Shown: one piece after another, positions 19,115 through 28,292 of the stretch | Position numbering within the stretch: position 1 is the first letter of the stretch | Layout of the letters: every line of letters starts with the position of its first letter | NCBI GenBank assembly: GCA_963735805.1 | Contig: CAVTMK010000004.1 | Location: 352,001 to 416,000 of the forward strand | Length of the DNA: 64,000 nucleotides | Source: an uncultured Verrucomicrobiae bacterium | GTDB lineage: Bacteria > Verrucomicrobiota > Verrucomicrobiia > Chthoniobacterales > UBA10450 | Reading direction: 5' to 3' | Program-made: the position numbers and the translations under genes | Notes under the pieces: generated by a model | What the model was told of the DNA's origin: nothing | Databases searched by the model: none | The model's input: the letters and a program-made list of their open reading frames with translations, nothing else

Positions 19115-20950
19115 ATGGGAACAATCCCTTCGGAAATGATCGAGCAGATTTCTGCCGCGAATGACATTGTCGAAGTGATCGGTTCGTATTTTCCACTTAA
19201 ACGCGCCGGAGTAAATTTCAAGGCACTCTGTCCCTTTCATCAGGAGAAAACGCCGTCGTTTACTGTCAGTCCGAGTCGACAGACGTTTCACTGTTTTGGT
19301 TGTGGCGCGGGCGGAAGCGTTTTCCGCTTCGTCATGGATTACGAGCATACCGATTTTCCCTCGGCCGTGCGCAAGCTGGCGATGCGCGTCGGAATCGCAC
19401 TGGTGGAAACACGGGCCGCAGCGGATGAAGATCGACAATATGAGGCGCGCCGGACATTGTTGAAATTGCACGCCGCCGCTGCCGAATGGTTTCATGAAAA
19501 CTTGCTGAAAAGAGATGTCGGGGAACCGGCGCGGCAATATTTAAAAAAGCGCGGGATTACGGCGGAAATCGCCAAACGTTGGCAGCTTGGTTACGCGCCG
19601 GATGAGTGGGACGCGTTTGGAAGCTGGGCACGCACGCAGGGCTACCATACTCGCGATCTCATTACGAGCGGACTGGCAAAAAAAAGAGATCGTGCAGAGA
19701 GCGCGCCCAGTGAGGAGTCCAGCGGGTACGATCGCTTTCGTGGCCGAATCATATTTCCAATTTGTAACGACGTCGGTGAAGTAATCGCCTTCAGCGGCCG
19801 GCTCCTGAAAGAGGCGGAGGGAGCAGCAAAATATTTGAACTCGCCGGAGACGCCGCTTTTTCGAAAAGGCAGTGTGCTGTTCGGTCTGCACAAAACCAAG
19901 CGTGCGTTGATCGAGTCCAACAGCGCTGTCGTCTGCGAAGGGCAACTCGATTTGATAAGCCTGTTCGAAGCAGGAATCACGAATGTGGTCGCGCCACAGG
20001 GAACGGCCTTTACAGAAGGTCAGGCGCGGATTTTAAAGCGTTTTGTCAATGAAGTAGTTCTTTGCTTCGACGCCGACGCAGCTGGGCAGAAGGCCGCTGA
20101 ACGTTCCCTCGATGCGCTGCTCCAGAACGACTTGATCGTGCGAGTAGCCGAGATGCCAGCGGGCGAAGACCCTGATTCACTGGTCCGGCGCGAAGGGAAA
20201 CAGGCATTTGAAAACCGTGTTGCCAGTGCGCGCGATTTTTTTGATTACTGGATCGAACGTGAGGTCTCCAGAGTTGACCTGGCATCCTTAGGGGCCAAGA
20301 TGCAGTTGGCCAAAAGCCTGGCGGAGACCGTTTCGCGCGTGCGCGATCCCCTCATGCGGGGAGAAGTTTCGAGCAAAATCAGCGCGCGTCTCGGTGTTAC
20401 GGTTCAAGATTTTCAGTCGCTCCTGCCAAGGCAGAGAAGCGAATCGCTTCGGTCCGGCGATCAATCTCACGCGCATGGTCCACCTAAGGCAGACGGAGCT
20501 GCTCCGATGCCACGGCACGATATTGCGATGCTTTGCCTTCTGGCTTTACGAGATGAAAAAGCGCGACAATTTCTTCGCGAGCAAAGTTGGAACGAAATTC
20601 TGGAGCAAGTCCCGGATGGAGAAATCCTAGCCTGCATCCTCAAAAGCGACCTGCGCCCTGATGACGCCGCCTCCCTCAATGCTTTTATGGTCACGCTTTC
20701 CCCGCCGGAGGAGCGACTGGTCTCTTCGTGGCTTCTGCAAAAGTCGCCTCCCAACGCTAGGACGATGGTCGAAAAGTGGTGGCTTGGCATTCGCCAGGCT
20801 GTTTTGCGCCGTCAACTGGATGTCGCTGTAAACAAGATAAGACTCCCAGACCTGAGCACCGGCGAGGTACTAAATTTGCAGAAACAAATCCTTGACCTGC
20901 AGGAACAGCTCCACGAACTTTTCCGGCCTGACGGCCCGGACGACAATTAG
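19115..20950 (+). CDS. dnaG: DNA primase
   Basis: CPFHQEKTPSF zinc finger, DRFRGR, KYLNSPET, TOPRIM (CEG, FDAD). Confidence 0.97.
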   Translation: MGTIPSEMIEQISAANDIVEVIGSYFPLKRAGVNFKALCPFHQEKTPSFTVSPSRQTFHCFGCGAGGSVFRFVMDYEHTDFPSAVRKLAMRVGIALVETRAAADEDRQYEARRTLLKLHAAAAEWFHENLLKRDVGEPARQYLKKRGITAEIAKRWQLGYAPDEWDAFGSWARTQGYHTRDLITSGLAKKRDRAESAPSEESSGYDRFRGRIIFPICNDVGEVIAFSGRLLKEAEGAAKYLNSPETPLFRKGSVLFGLHKTKRALIESNSAVVCEGQLDLISLFEAGITNVVAPQGTAFTEGQARILKRFVNEVVLCFDADAAGQKAAERSLDALLQNDLIVRVAEMPAGEDPDSLVRREGKQAFENRVASARDFFDYWIEREVSRVDLASLGAKMQLAKSLAETVSRVRDPLMRGEVSSKISARLGVTVQDFQSLLPRQRSESLRSGDQSHAHGPPKADGAAPMPRHDIAMLCLLALRDEKARQFLREQSWNEILEQVPDGEILACILKSDLRPDDAASLNAFMVTLSPPEERLVSSWLLQKSPPNARTMVEKWWLGIRQAVLRRQLDVAVNKIRLPDLSTGEVLNLQKQILDLQEQLHELFRPDGPDDN

Positions 20951-21010
20951 TTGTCGATCTACTGCCGAGCGGCAAATCGAACGTCTTAGTCAAATCCTAA
21001 CCGCATCATC

Positions 21011-22858
21011 TTGGCCAGGCATTCGAAACACAAGGGGGGAAGCCGACAGTCGTCGATGAAACGGCTCAAACGAGTCCAGCGCAGCGGTCCGTCAAAAAGA
21101 CCTGTTGCTCTTCGGCTTCGTCGGAAACTTAGGAAGCGGCCACGGATCGCCTCGGTCAAAACCAAACGCACGGCTCTCTCACCACGACGGAACGGATCCT
21201 TACCAGAGCCGCGAGAGCAGATGGTAGCGTCGCGTCTGTACTCGGCGATGGAATTGCAGAGTCGCATTCGCGAGCTGATCAAACTGGCGAAAGAACAAGG
21301 CTATCTCACGTTTGATGATTTAAACGAGGCGTTGCCCGAGGGAATTACTGACGCCGATGAATTGGACCTTATTCTTACGCGGCTGCGCCGTCTGGAAATC
21401 GACATTATCGAGGCGTCGGAAGTTGATCGATACAAAGACGGGAAAAAGGACGCAGAGGAGGATTTGGAAGAGGAAGAGAGAACCGAACCCAAGGTCGATA
21501 TCTTGGATGACCCGGTGCGGATGTATCTCAAGCAGATGGGCCAGGTACCGCTTCTGACCCGGGAACAAGAGGTAGAGATATCCAAGCGAATCGAGGAAGC
21601 CGAAGACATGGTACTGAAGCACATCAATCGCTTCGGTTTTATCGCGCAGGCCCACCTGGAGCTGGCCGCGAAGCTGATCGAGGGCAGGGAACGGTTCGAT
21701 CGGGTGATTCTCGACAAGAAAATCGAAAGCCGCGAGAGGTATATGAAAAATCTCCCGCGTCTCTGCAAACAAGTGGAACAATTGAGCGCCTCGATCACGC
21801 GGCAGTTTTGCGAGGTCTCGCGCAATTCCTTAAAAAAACGACCGCAGAAGCTCCGGGCCTTGCAAAGAATGATGGCTTCCTTGCAAAAGCTTTATCCTCT
21901 TTTTTACCTGAAGCAGAAGGTCACGGAGGAATTCGTACATCTGGCGGATGACGCGCACCACAACTCGCTTTACCTGCAAACTGAGGTGGCCAAAAACCCT
22001 CGCAGCAAGAAGCGGCGATTGCAGCTTCAGAACAAAATTCGCGAACTGGAAAAGGGACTATGGTTTCCGCTTCCCGAATATGCAAAAGAGTATCAGATGC
22101 TGAAGAACTGGATGCGCCAGGCATTCAAGGCAAAGACTGAAATGGTCGAAGCTAATCTGCGTCTCGTTATCTCGATCGCAAAAAAATATACCAACCGCGG
22201 TCTGTCGTTCCTTGACCTGATTCAGGAAGGAAACATGGGTTTGATGAAGGCAGTCGAGAAGTTCGAGTATCGGCGCGGATACAAGTTTTCCACATACGCG
22301 ACTTGGTGGATTCGCCAGGCCATTACCCGCTCGATTGCCGATCAGGCGCGCACGATTCGCATCCCGGTTCACATGATCGAGACGATTAACAAGCTCATGC
22401 GTGTGCAGAAGCAGTTGGTGCAGGAATACGGACGCGAACCCACCCCCGACGAAGTGGCCGAAGAAGTCCTCCTCCCAGTGGATCGGGTGCGGTCGGTTCT
22501 CAAGATGGCGCAGCAACCAATCTCGCTTCAGTCTCCAGTGGGCGAGAGCGAGGAAACAAATTTTGGCGATTTTATCGAAGACAGGGGCGCCGAAAATCCG
22601 AGCGACATGACCGCGATTGTCTTGTTGAAGGAAAAAATAAAGGATGTCCTGGAGACGCTCACCGAGCGTGAAAGACAGGTGCTTGAGCAGCGATTTGGGT
22701 TGGTTGATGGATACAGCCGAACCTTGGAAGAGGTAGGACGGCAGTTTCAGGTAACCCGTGAGCGTATCCGCCAGATCGAAGCAAAGGCCTTGCGTAAAAT
22801 GCGTCATCCGACTCGTATTCGGCAACTCGAGGGCTTCCTTGAAGCCCCGGGACTGTAA
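21011..22858 (+). CDS. rpoD: Primary sigma factor RpoD
   Basis: [38 protein letters not shown]; start uncertain. Confidence 0.96.
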   Translation: MARHSKHKGGSRQSSMKRLKRVQRSGPSKRPVALRLRRKLRKRPRIASVKTKRTALSPRRNGSLPEPREQMVASRLYSAMELQSRIRELIKLAKEQGYLTFDDLNEALPEGITDADELDLILTRLRRLEIDIIEASEVDRYKDGKKDAEEDLEEEERTEPKVDILDDPVRMYLKQMGQVPLLTREQEVEISKRIEEAEDMVLKHINRFGFIAQAHLELAAKLIEGRERFDRVILDKKIESRERYMKNLPRLCKQVEQLSASITRQFCEVSRNSLKKRPQKLRALQRMMASLQKLYPLFYLKQKVTEEFVHLADDAHHNSLYLQTEVAKNPRSKKRRLQLQNKIRELEKGLWFPLPEYAKEYQMLKNWMRQAFKAKTEMVEANLRLVISIAKKYTNRGLSFLDLIQEGNMGLMKAVEKFEYRRGYKFSTYATWWIRQAITRSIADQARTIRIPVHMIETINKLMRVQKQLVQEYGREPTPDEVAEEVLLPVDRVRSVLKMAQQPISLQSPVGESEETNFGDFIEDRGAENPSDMTAIVLLKEKIKDVLETLTERERQVLEQRFGLVDGYSRTLEEVGRQFQVTRERIRQIEAKALRKMRHPTRIRQLEGFLEAPGL

Positions 22859-22919
22859 ATATGATTGCCATTCCAGCGCAACTTTCCCACTCTAGAGGTA
22901 GTTTAATTGACTGGAGACT

Positions 22920-23273
22920 ATGGAGCGTGAAGATGACAAGCAGTTGTGGGATATGCTCGGCCGTGTTCCGGAGCCCACTCTTTCGCCATTCTTTGCCCGC
23001 AACGTGGTGAGGAGCGTCCGCCACGAAGCGACTCGCTTTGGGCGGATGCGCGGATGGTTGAGTTGGCGGAGACTTGCCGCGGCGTCCGCTGTGGTCGTTC
23101 TCGTGATCGGTATGACTATTGCCACGCATCACCCAGTCTCGCAGACGCCGGCTACGAATGACTCAGATGTGGTGGCAAAAATCGATCCACAAGATTATGA
23201 CGTCATAGCCGATCTGGATGAATTGATCGCCTGGGATGAAAATAGCGTGTGGGAGGATAAGCCGACTTTGTAA
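22920..23273 (+). CDS. Putative single-pass anti-sigma-like protein
   Basis: SD GGAG; short cytoplasmic N-terminus, one TM helix, acidic tail (VIADLDELI). Confidence 0.55.
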   Translation: MEREDDKQLWDMLGRVPEPTLSPFFARNVVRSVRHEATRFGRMRGWLSWRRLAAASAVVVLVIGMTIATHHPVSQTPATNDSDVVAKIDPQDYDVIADLDELIAWDENSVWEDKPTL

Positions 23274-23778
23274 ACGAATCGTCGCTTTGTCGGTTTTCGC
23301 TTTATCCTGCGCTGCCGTACAAGGGCAGCCGCAACCGCATCGGCCTGTTGGGCACGTGCCAGCCGGACCTCCGCATCGGCCAGCAGGCCCGAACATGCGT
23401 GAGCGATGGATGGCAATGCCCCCCGCAGCACGCCAAAATTTTCAACGCAATGCAGAGCGTTGGCTGCGCATGAGTCCGGCAGAGCGGAATGTCCTGCGCC
23501 AACGAGAAAATTTGCGACGCGAGACCATCAGGCGTGAGACTGACGCGGCAGTTCGCGAGTCAGGCCTCCACCTGACCCCGCAGGAACGCGCTCAATTTGA
23601 ATCGCGCTACATTCAGGAACGCAGAAAAGTGGAGCAAGTGCTACGGCAGCAAATCGAAGCGGAACGCCAAAAAGAACTCCCCGTATTGATTCAACAGTTG
23701 AAAAAAGAGTTTCAGATCGACCAACCAACCAAGGCTCCGGCTACAAAACCGGTAGAGTCTCCTAAATCAAAGAAATAG
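23236..23778 (+). CDS. Exported helical protein, DUF3106-like; start uncertain
   Basis: Signal-like segment; repeated W-x-x-M-(P/S)-P-A-x-R units. Confidence 0.55.
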   Translation: MKIACGRISRLCKRIVALSVFALSCAAVQGQPQPHRPVGHVPAGPPHRPAGPNMRERWMAMPPAARQNFQRNAERWLRMSPAERNVLRQRENLRRETIRRETDAAVRESGLHLTPQERAQFESRYIQERRKVEQVLRQQIEAERQKELPVLIQQLKKEFQIDQPTKAPATKPVESPKSKK

Positions 23779-23890
23779 TGTAACGACCGAGGCTTTTCTT
23801 GCATCCCTGAAAGCACGGTCGGCTACTGAAGAAAAACTGCCTCGAGGTTACTCTCGAGCCAGCTTGTTGGATTTCTGATTCTACGGCACT

Positions 23891-24148
23891 TTAGTACCGA
23901 TAGTTATGGTGGCGATGGTGACGGTAGTAATAGCGCTGCCCGCCGTACCAATTATAGGGCCGGTAGTAATAGCCGCGGTAGTACGGCCGGTAATAGTATC
24001 GATATGGATAGTAGTAGCCGTACGGATAATATCCGTAATAACCTGGGCCTCCGAACCCAATCGAAAAGTAGACTTGAGCATCGGAACGCTGCGCCGGAGC
24101 GAAAACTAGTACTCCCGCCGCCAATCCAATCAAAAGAAGTCTTTTCAT
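23891..24148 (-). CDS. Small secreted Tyr/Gly/Arg-rich protein
   Basis: SD AGGAGG, signal peptide, YYPY/YYRPY repeats, His-rich end. Confidence 0.75.
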   Translation of the reverse strand: MKRLLLIGLAAGVLVFAPAQRSDAQVYFSIGFGGPGYYGYYPYGYYYPYRYYYRPYYRGYYYRPYNWYGGQRYYYRHHRHHNYRY

Positions 24149-24199
24149 TGTTTTTCCTCCTAATGATTAAACAGGAGATAGAACAGAGAGTTTTCCGCC

Positions 24200-25231
24200 T
24201 TATTCCAGTTCAGAAATCTCTGGATATGCTGAGATGCAAACGCTTTCGCCAAACTGTCGGTACGAAAGACGGCGAAGACGAAGTGCGTTAGCAGGGGTTT
24301 CTGCTCCCCGTCCTGGGAACGCAATTACCGGTCCTCCGGTCAAGATCGGACCCAAATAGAGCTGCACTTTATCAATGAGCTGTGAATCGAGCGCCTCTCC
24401 CAAAACGTCGCCACCACCCTCAATCAGAACGCTTGTGATACCTCGCTCGCCCAGATTTTTTAGGACTCTCCCCAGAGAGTTGCGTTGGTAAATTAGCGTT
24501 CGAGAAGCCAGTTGGTCGGAAAGCAAATGAGCGCTTCGTGGTAGGTTTCCTGAGCGAGTCAGTATAACCCGCCAGGGCTGCCGTGCGCCACGAACGCCGC
24601 GCGCCGTCAACCGGGGATTGTCCATCCGAACTGTTTCCGCGCCCACTAAGATCGCGTCCACTTGGGCGCGAAGTTGATGTGTGTGATGGCGGGCGCGACG
24701 TCCTGTGAGCCAACGAGACTCGCCGGGAGGTCGCGTCAATCGACCATCGAGGGACATTCCGCACTTTGCCGTAACAAAAGGACGTCCGGTGACAATCCAC
24801 TTGTTGAATGCCTCGTTAATTTGGCTGCAGTCATCAGCCAAAACACCAACTCGCACAACGATTCCCGCATTTCGCAATTGTACGATTCCTTTGCCGCAGT
24901 GACGCGGGTTTAGGTCGATCGCGCCTACGACCACGTTTCTGACACCGGCCTGGCGTATTGCCTCTGTGCAGGGAGCCGTTCGTCCTTTTGTGGAGCACGG
25001 TTCAAGCGTGACGTAAAGCGTTGCCCGCGCCGGTACCGGTGCATTGAAATTGCGAAGGCATTCAATCTCAGCGTGATCGCGGCCTGCTCCCCGGTGATGT
25101 CCTTTTGCCGCAATCCGATTGTCAACGACAAGAACAGCTCCGACCGTGGGATTTGGACTAGTCTGACCGAGAGCCTTCTTTGCCTCGTTGAGCGCGGCGC
25201 GCATAAACGTTTCGTCTCGTCGTCTGTCCAT
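24200..25231 (-). CDS. ribD: Riboflavin biosynthesis deaminase/reductase RibD
   Basis: PNPTVGA, HAE, TLEPC...PC, SLDG, EGG. Confidence 0.95.
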   Translation of the reverse strand: MDRRRDETFMRAALNEAKKALGQTSPNPTVGAVLVVDNRIAAKGHHRGAGRDHAEIECLRNFNAPVPARATLYVTLEPCSTKGRTAPCTEAIRQAGVRNVVVGAIDLNPRHCGKGIVQLRNAGIVVRVGVLADDCSQINEAFNKWIVTGRPFVTAKCGMSLDGRLTRPPGESRWLTGRRARHHTHQLRAQVDAILVGAETVRMDNPRLTARGVRGARQPWRVILTRSGNLPRSAHLLSDQLASRTLIYQRNSLGRVLKNLGERGITSVLIEGGGDVLGEALDSQLIDKVQLYLGPILTGGPVIAFPGRGAETPANALRLRRLSYRQFGESVCISAYPEISELE

Positions 25232-25360
25232 CGCTTCGATACATGAATAGTTGTTCTCGTCTGTCGAGGCAACGCGGGTTGTCGGCGCACCCCTTACATT
25301 CGAAGCATTATTAGGATCTTAACGCGACGGTTCAATGCCGCAGATCCGGCGAAGGCAATT

Positions 25361-25434
25361 CGTGCCTGGAGGGATTCGAACCCCCAACCTTCTGATCCGA
25401 AGTCAGAAGCTCTATCCAGTTGAGCTACAGGCAC
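25361..25434 (-). tRNA. tRNA-Arg(UCG)
   Basis: GTGCCTGTAGCTCAACTGGATAGAGC-TTCTGA-CTTCGGA-TCAGAA...GGTTCGAATCC...CAGGCACG; CCA not encoded. Confidence 0.93.
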
Positions 25435-25520
25435 CGCTGAGAACGTGAGGGGTATGTGATTGGCGACCAGATATAAGTCAACCGCTCACGACTCACTATT
25501 CACATCGTCGCGCGTGCCCG

Positions 25521-27875
25521 TCAAAATGAGAGCGACAAACCGGCGTATCCGGAGCGGCGCGGCGCGGGCTCGATGCCGTTGGCGAAGACGCGGTCGTAAT
25601 ATTTCTCGTCGGTGAGATTGGTGATGCCTGCGATCAAGCGCAGATTCTTCGTGAGATACCAATCCCCTGTCAGATTAAAAACCTTGTAGGCCGGAATGTG
25701 CGCCTTCGGGATCTGCGCGTTACCAATATCTGTGTCCTGCCAGAATTGCTGCGAAACGTAGACAGCCGTGAACGTAATATCAAAACAATTATCTTTTCTC
25801 AACTGGAGTCCGCCTTTCATTAGAAAGTCTGGCGCGAAGGCCGGCGCGTTGCCGACAAGCGTTTTGTTGGTGTCAGGTATCAGGAGAGCGCTTTCAGTGT
25901 ACACTGCATCGAGGAATTGAACATTGCTGAAAGCGATCAATTTGAGCGGGTGATATTCCTTCGGCACGCCGGGTACAGGTAAAGCTTTACTCGCATCGAC
26001 CACGCCTTTGCCGGGCTCAGGTTGCACCTCAGGCATCGGCGGATGTTGGAAGGGGGCCAGAAGATCGTAGTAAAGCTCGCCCTCCAAACCGCGGTTACGT
26101 GTGCTGCCGGTATTCAGGATGATGAAATCAGTATTACTGATATTTTGGGTCTCAGTTCTGTTATCAAACAGCATCCAAAACAAGCCAACGTCATACCAAA
26201 ATCCCTTATAAGGCGTACCGTGCACGCCTAATTCGAAGTCCAGCGAATGGAACGGGTCCGGTATCGATTCACCGAATGCGATGGTACGGCTGGTCCCGGC
26301 GATATCGAAAAACCGCGTCGGCCGCCAACCCGAAGACGCACTGAAATAGGTTTCGTTGCGGTTACCGAAATCGTTACCCATTCCAAATCCCCACAGCGGC
26401 ACCCAATGGTCGGCGCTGATGCTTGCCGGCCCAGTGGGAGGAACGGCTGCTAACCAGGGGGCGGCCGATGAATCGACTTCGACGTCTTCATGGTCAAGGC
26501 GGAATGAGCCAACCATGTGAAATTTCCCGATCCGGACAAGATCCTCGAAAAATATCGACTGATAGTTGGACGTCCTGGATTGATCGAGAGGGACGATGTC
26601 CGAGGTGGTACCGCGTGATGCGTATAGAAAATTCGGGCCGCTCGTCTCGTCATTTAACGTGTATCGTTGAAACGGCGCATCGCCATGATAAACAACGGTG
26701 CCGAACGTTAAGGCGCTGCCTCTAAAAATAGTGTCGTCGCCCCATAACTTGCGGAGGCGTATGTCGGCCCCGCCATTATTGAATTCCTCGTAACTGAAAA
26801 GAGTACTAAAGGGAAATGGATGCGGCGCTCCAGGATTAAGGTTTGCCGCTGCGCGCGCGTCGATCTCCTGATGAGTAAACCATCCTTTGGCCTGCAAAAG
26901 CCAGCCGTCTCCAAAGTCGCGTTCGTACCGGAGAATAGTCGTGTACCGATCAACCCAGTCCTCATTGTATGGAGTGAACGAAAAGTTTGGGTCATTTACA
27001 AACTGCTTATAGGTGATCCGTCCCGGATCGCCACCTTCAAAGCGACTGGAGTAAAAATCGAGTGCCAACAACTGGTGCTCGTCAGGCCTCCAACCCACGT
27101 AGAGATCGGTTTGCCACAGATTGTACCAGCTGTTATCACGTTGTCCGTCTGATCGCACGTACCCCCCATCCAAACGAAATTCCAACGGACCCATAGCCTC
27201 CTGAATCACATTGAAAGTGGAATAATATCCGTAAGCGCCACCGATCTGTTCGGTATAGAAATTCCATGGCGAACCTGGCGCAGGATATTTGGTTACAAAG
27301 TTCACTGCCGGCGCCGGCTCCGGCCCGAAGAGCAAGCTGTTGCCGCCGCGTATAAATTCAACCTCGCTTATGGCTTGAGGTAGCGGCAGATAGTAAAGAG
27401 TAGGGAAACCAATCCAATCACTCATCAGTGGCAGCCCGTCGCGAAGCACGAGCGTGAACTCCGATTCCTGCGGATTACCCAGGCCCCGATAACTGAAATT
27501 GAATTGGCCCGGCGTATGTTGTTCCGTCACCAGGAAACCCGGCGCCTTAAGAAAAAGTCCCTGCAGATCATTATCTTCCAGAGGCGGTTGTTGATCCAGC
27601 TTGATCACCGTCGCCTTTTTTGTGACCGTGATTTGTGTTCCTGATACTTCGGGCATGATGTGCTGGCGCATCTCGTGCCAATTGTCATGAGGCGTCGGAC
27701 TCGCCACCGCTTCAGCAGTTACGGTAACTCGCCCGGCTTCCGCCGTTTGCGCCTTAGCCGAGTGGCTCGCCGTGAAAAGCAGAATCGTTGTCGAGAGGAC
27801 GACAAGCCAACAATGGTTAATGAGTGATTGAAACTGCGTCGAAAATCGCCATGTGTCGTTGTGCTTTGTGAACAT
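25521..27875 (-). CDS. TonB-dependent outer-membrane receptor
   Basis: Signal peptide, plug motifs (YRGL, VEFIRGGNSLLFG), NLTDEKY, terminal Phe. Confidence 0.9.
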   Translation of the reverse strand: MFTKHNDTWRFSTQFQSLINHCWLVVLSTTILLFTASHSAKAQTAEAGRVTVTAEAVASPTPHDNWHEMRQHIMPEVSGTQITVTKKATVIKLDQQPPLEDNDLQGLFLKAPGFLVTEQHTPGQFNFSYRGLGNPQESEFTLVLRDGLPLMSDWIGFPTLYYLPLPQAISEVEFIRGGNSLLFGPEPAPAVNFVTKYPAPGSPWNFYTEQIGGAYGYYSTFNVIQEAMGPLEFRLDGGYVRSDGQRDNSWYNLWQTDLYVGWRPDEHQLLALDFYSSRFEGGDPGRITYKQFVNDPNFSFTPYNEDWVDRYTTILRYERDFGDGWLLQAKGWFTHQEIDARAAANLNPGAPHPFPFSTLFSYEEFNNGGADIRLRKLWGDDTIFRGSALTFGTVVYHGDAPFQRYTLNDETSGPNFLYASRGTTSDIVPLDQSRTSNYQSIFFEDLVRIGKFHMVGSFRLDHEDVEVDSSAAPWLAAVPPTGPASISADHWVPLWGFGMGNDFGNRNETYFSASSGWRPTRFFDIAGTSRTIAFGESIPDPFHSLDFELGVHGTPYKGFWYDVGLFWMLFDNRTETQNISNTDFIILNTGSTRNRGLEGELYYDLLAPFQHPPMPEVQPEPGKGVVDASKALPVPGVPKEYHPLKLIAFSNVQFLDAVYTESALLIPDTNKTLVGNAPAFAPDFLMKGGLQLRKDNCFDITFTAVYVSQQFWQDTDIGNAQIPKAHIPAYKVFNLTGDWYLTKNLRLIAGITNLTDEKYYDRVFANGIEPAPRRSGYAGLSLSF

Positions 27876-28134
27876 GGCCGGCGAGATTACAAATCCGCAA
27901 TACTAGTTGCAATAGAAAAGTGACAGATCTGTAATTTTTTTGGCAACCCATAGAGTGGTCTAACCCAGTAGCCGTGCGACGTCGTCCAGAAGTGGTCGTC
28001 CAACGTCGTTGTTGCCCTCCGTCGCCCGTCTAGTTTTGCAGAAGCTTGCGGCCACCGTGGAGCACTTGTTCGATGAATAGAACTTCAAGTGACAAAATCG
28101 CTCGAAATGGACCCTGCTGTTGAATAGGGACTTA

Positions 28135-28209
28135 GGGGTGGCCGACGGGATTTGAACCCGCAACAACCAGAACCACAATCTGGGGCTCTACCATTGAGCT
28201 ACGACCACC
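28135..28209 (-). tRNA. tRNA-His(GUG)
   Basis: G-1 GTGGTCGTAGCTCAATGGTAGAGC-CCAGA-TTGTGGT-TCTGG...GGTTCAAATCCC...GGCCACC. Confidence 0.94.
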
Positions 28210-28292
28210 ATCGCTGGCATGGAAACAGGAGCTTAAAATTCGAATCTTTTTTTGCAAACAAAGGACTCGACTTTTCCAAATCATTTCACTAA

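Noticed and set aside
19020..19196. Long ORF-track N-terminal extensions of nfeD (likewise gcvT, gmk, chdC, rpe, xseB)
   Set aside because: They overlap neighbouring genes or repeats and precede the conserved domain starts
27911..28134. Possible gene remnant or ncRNA between the TonB receptor and tRNA-His
   Set aside because: No credible start, SD sequence, fold or recognisable motif
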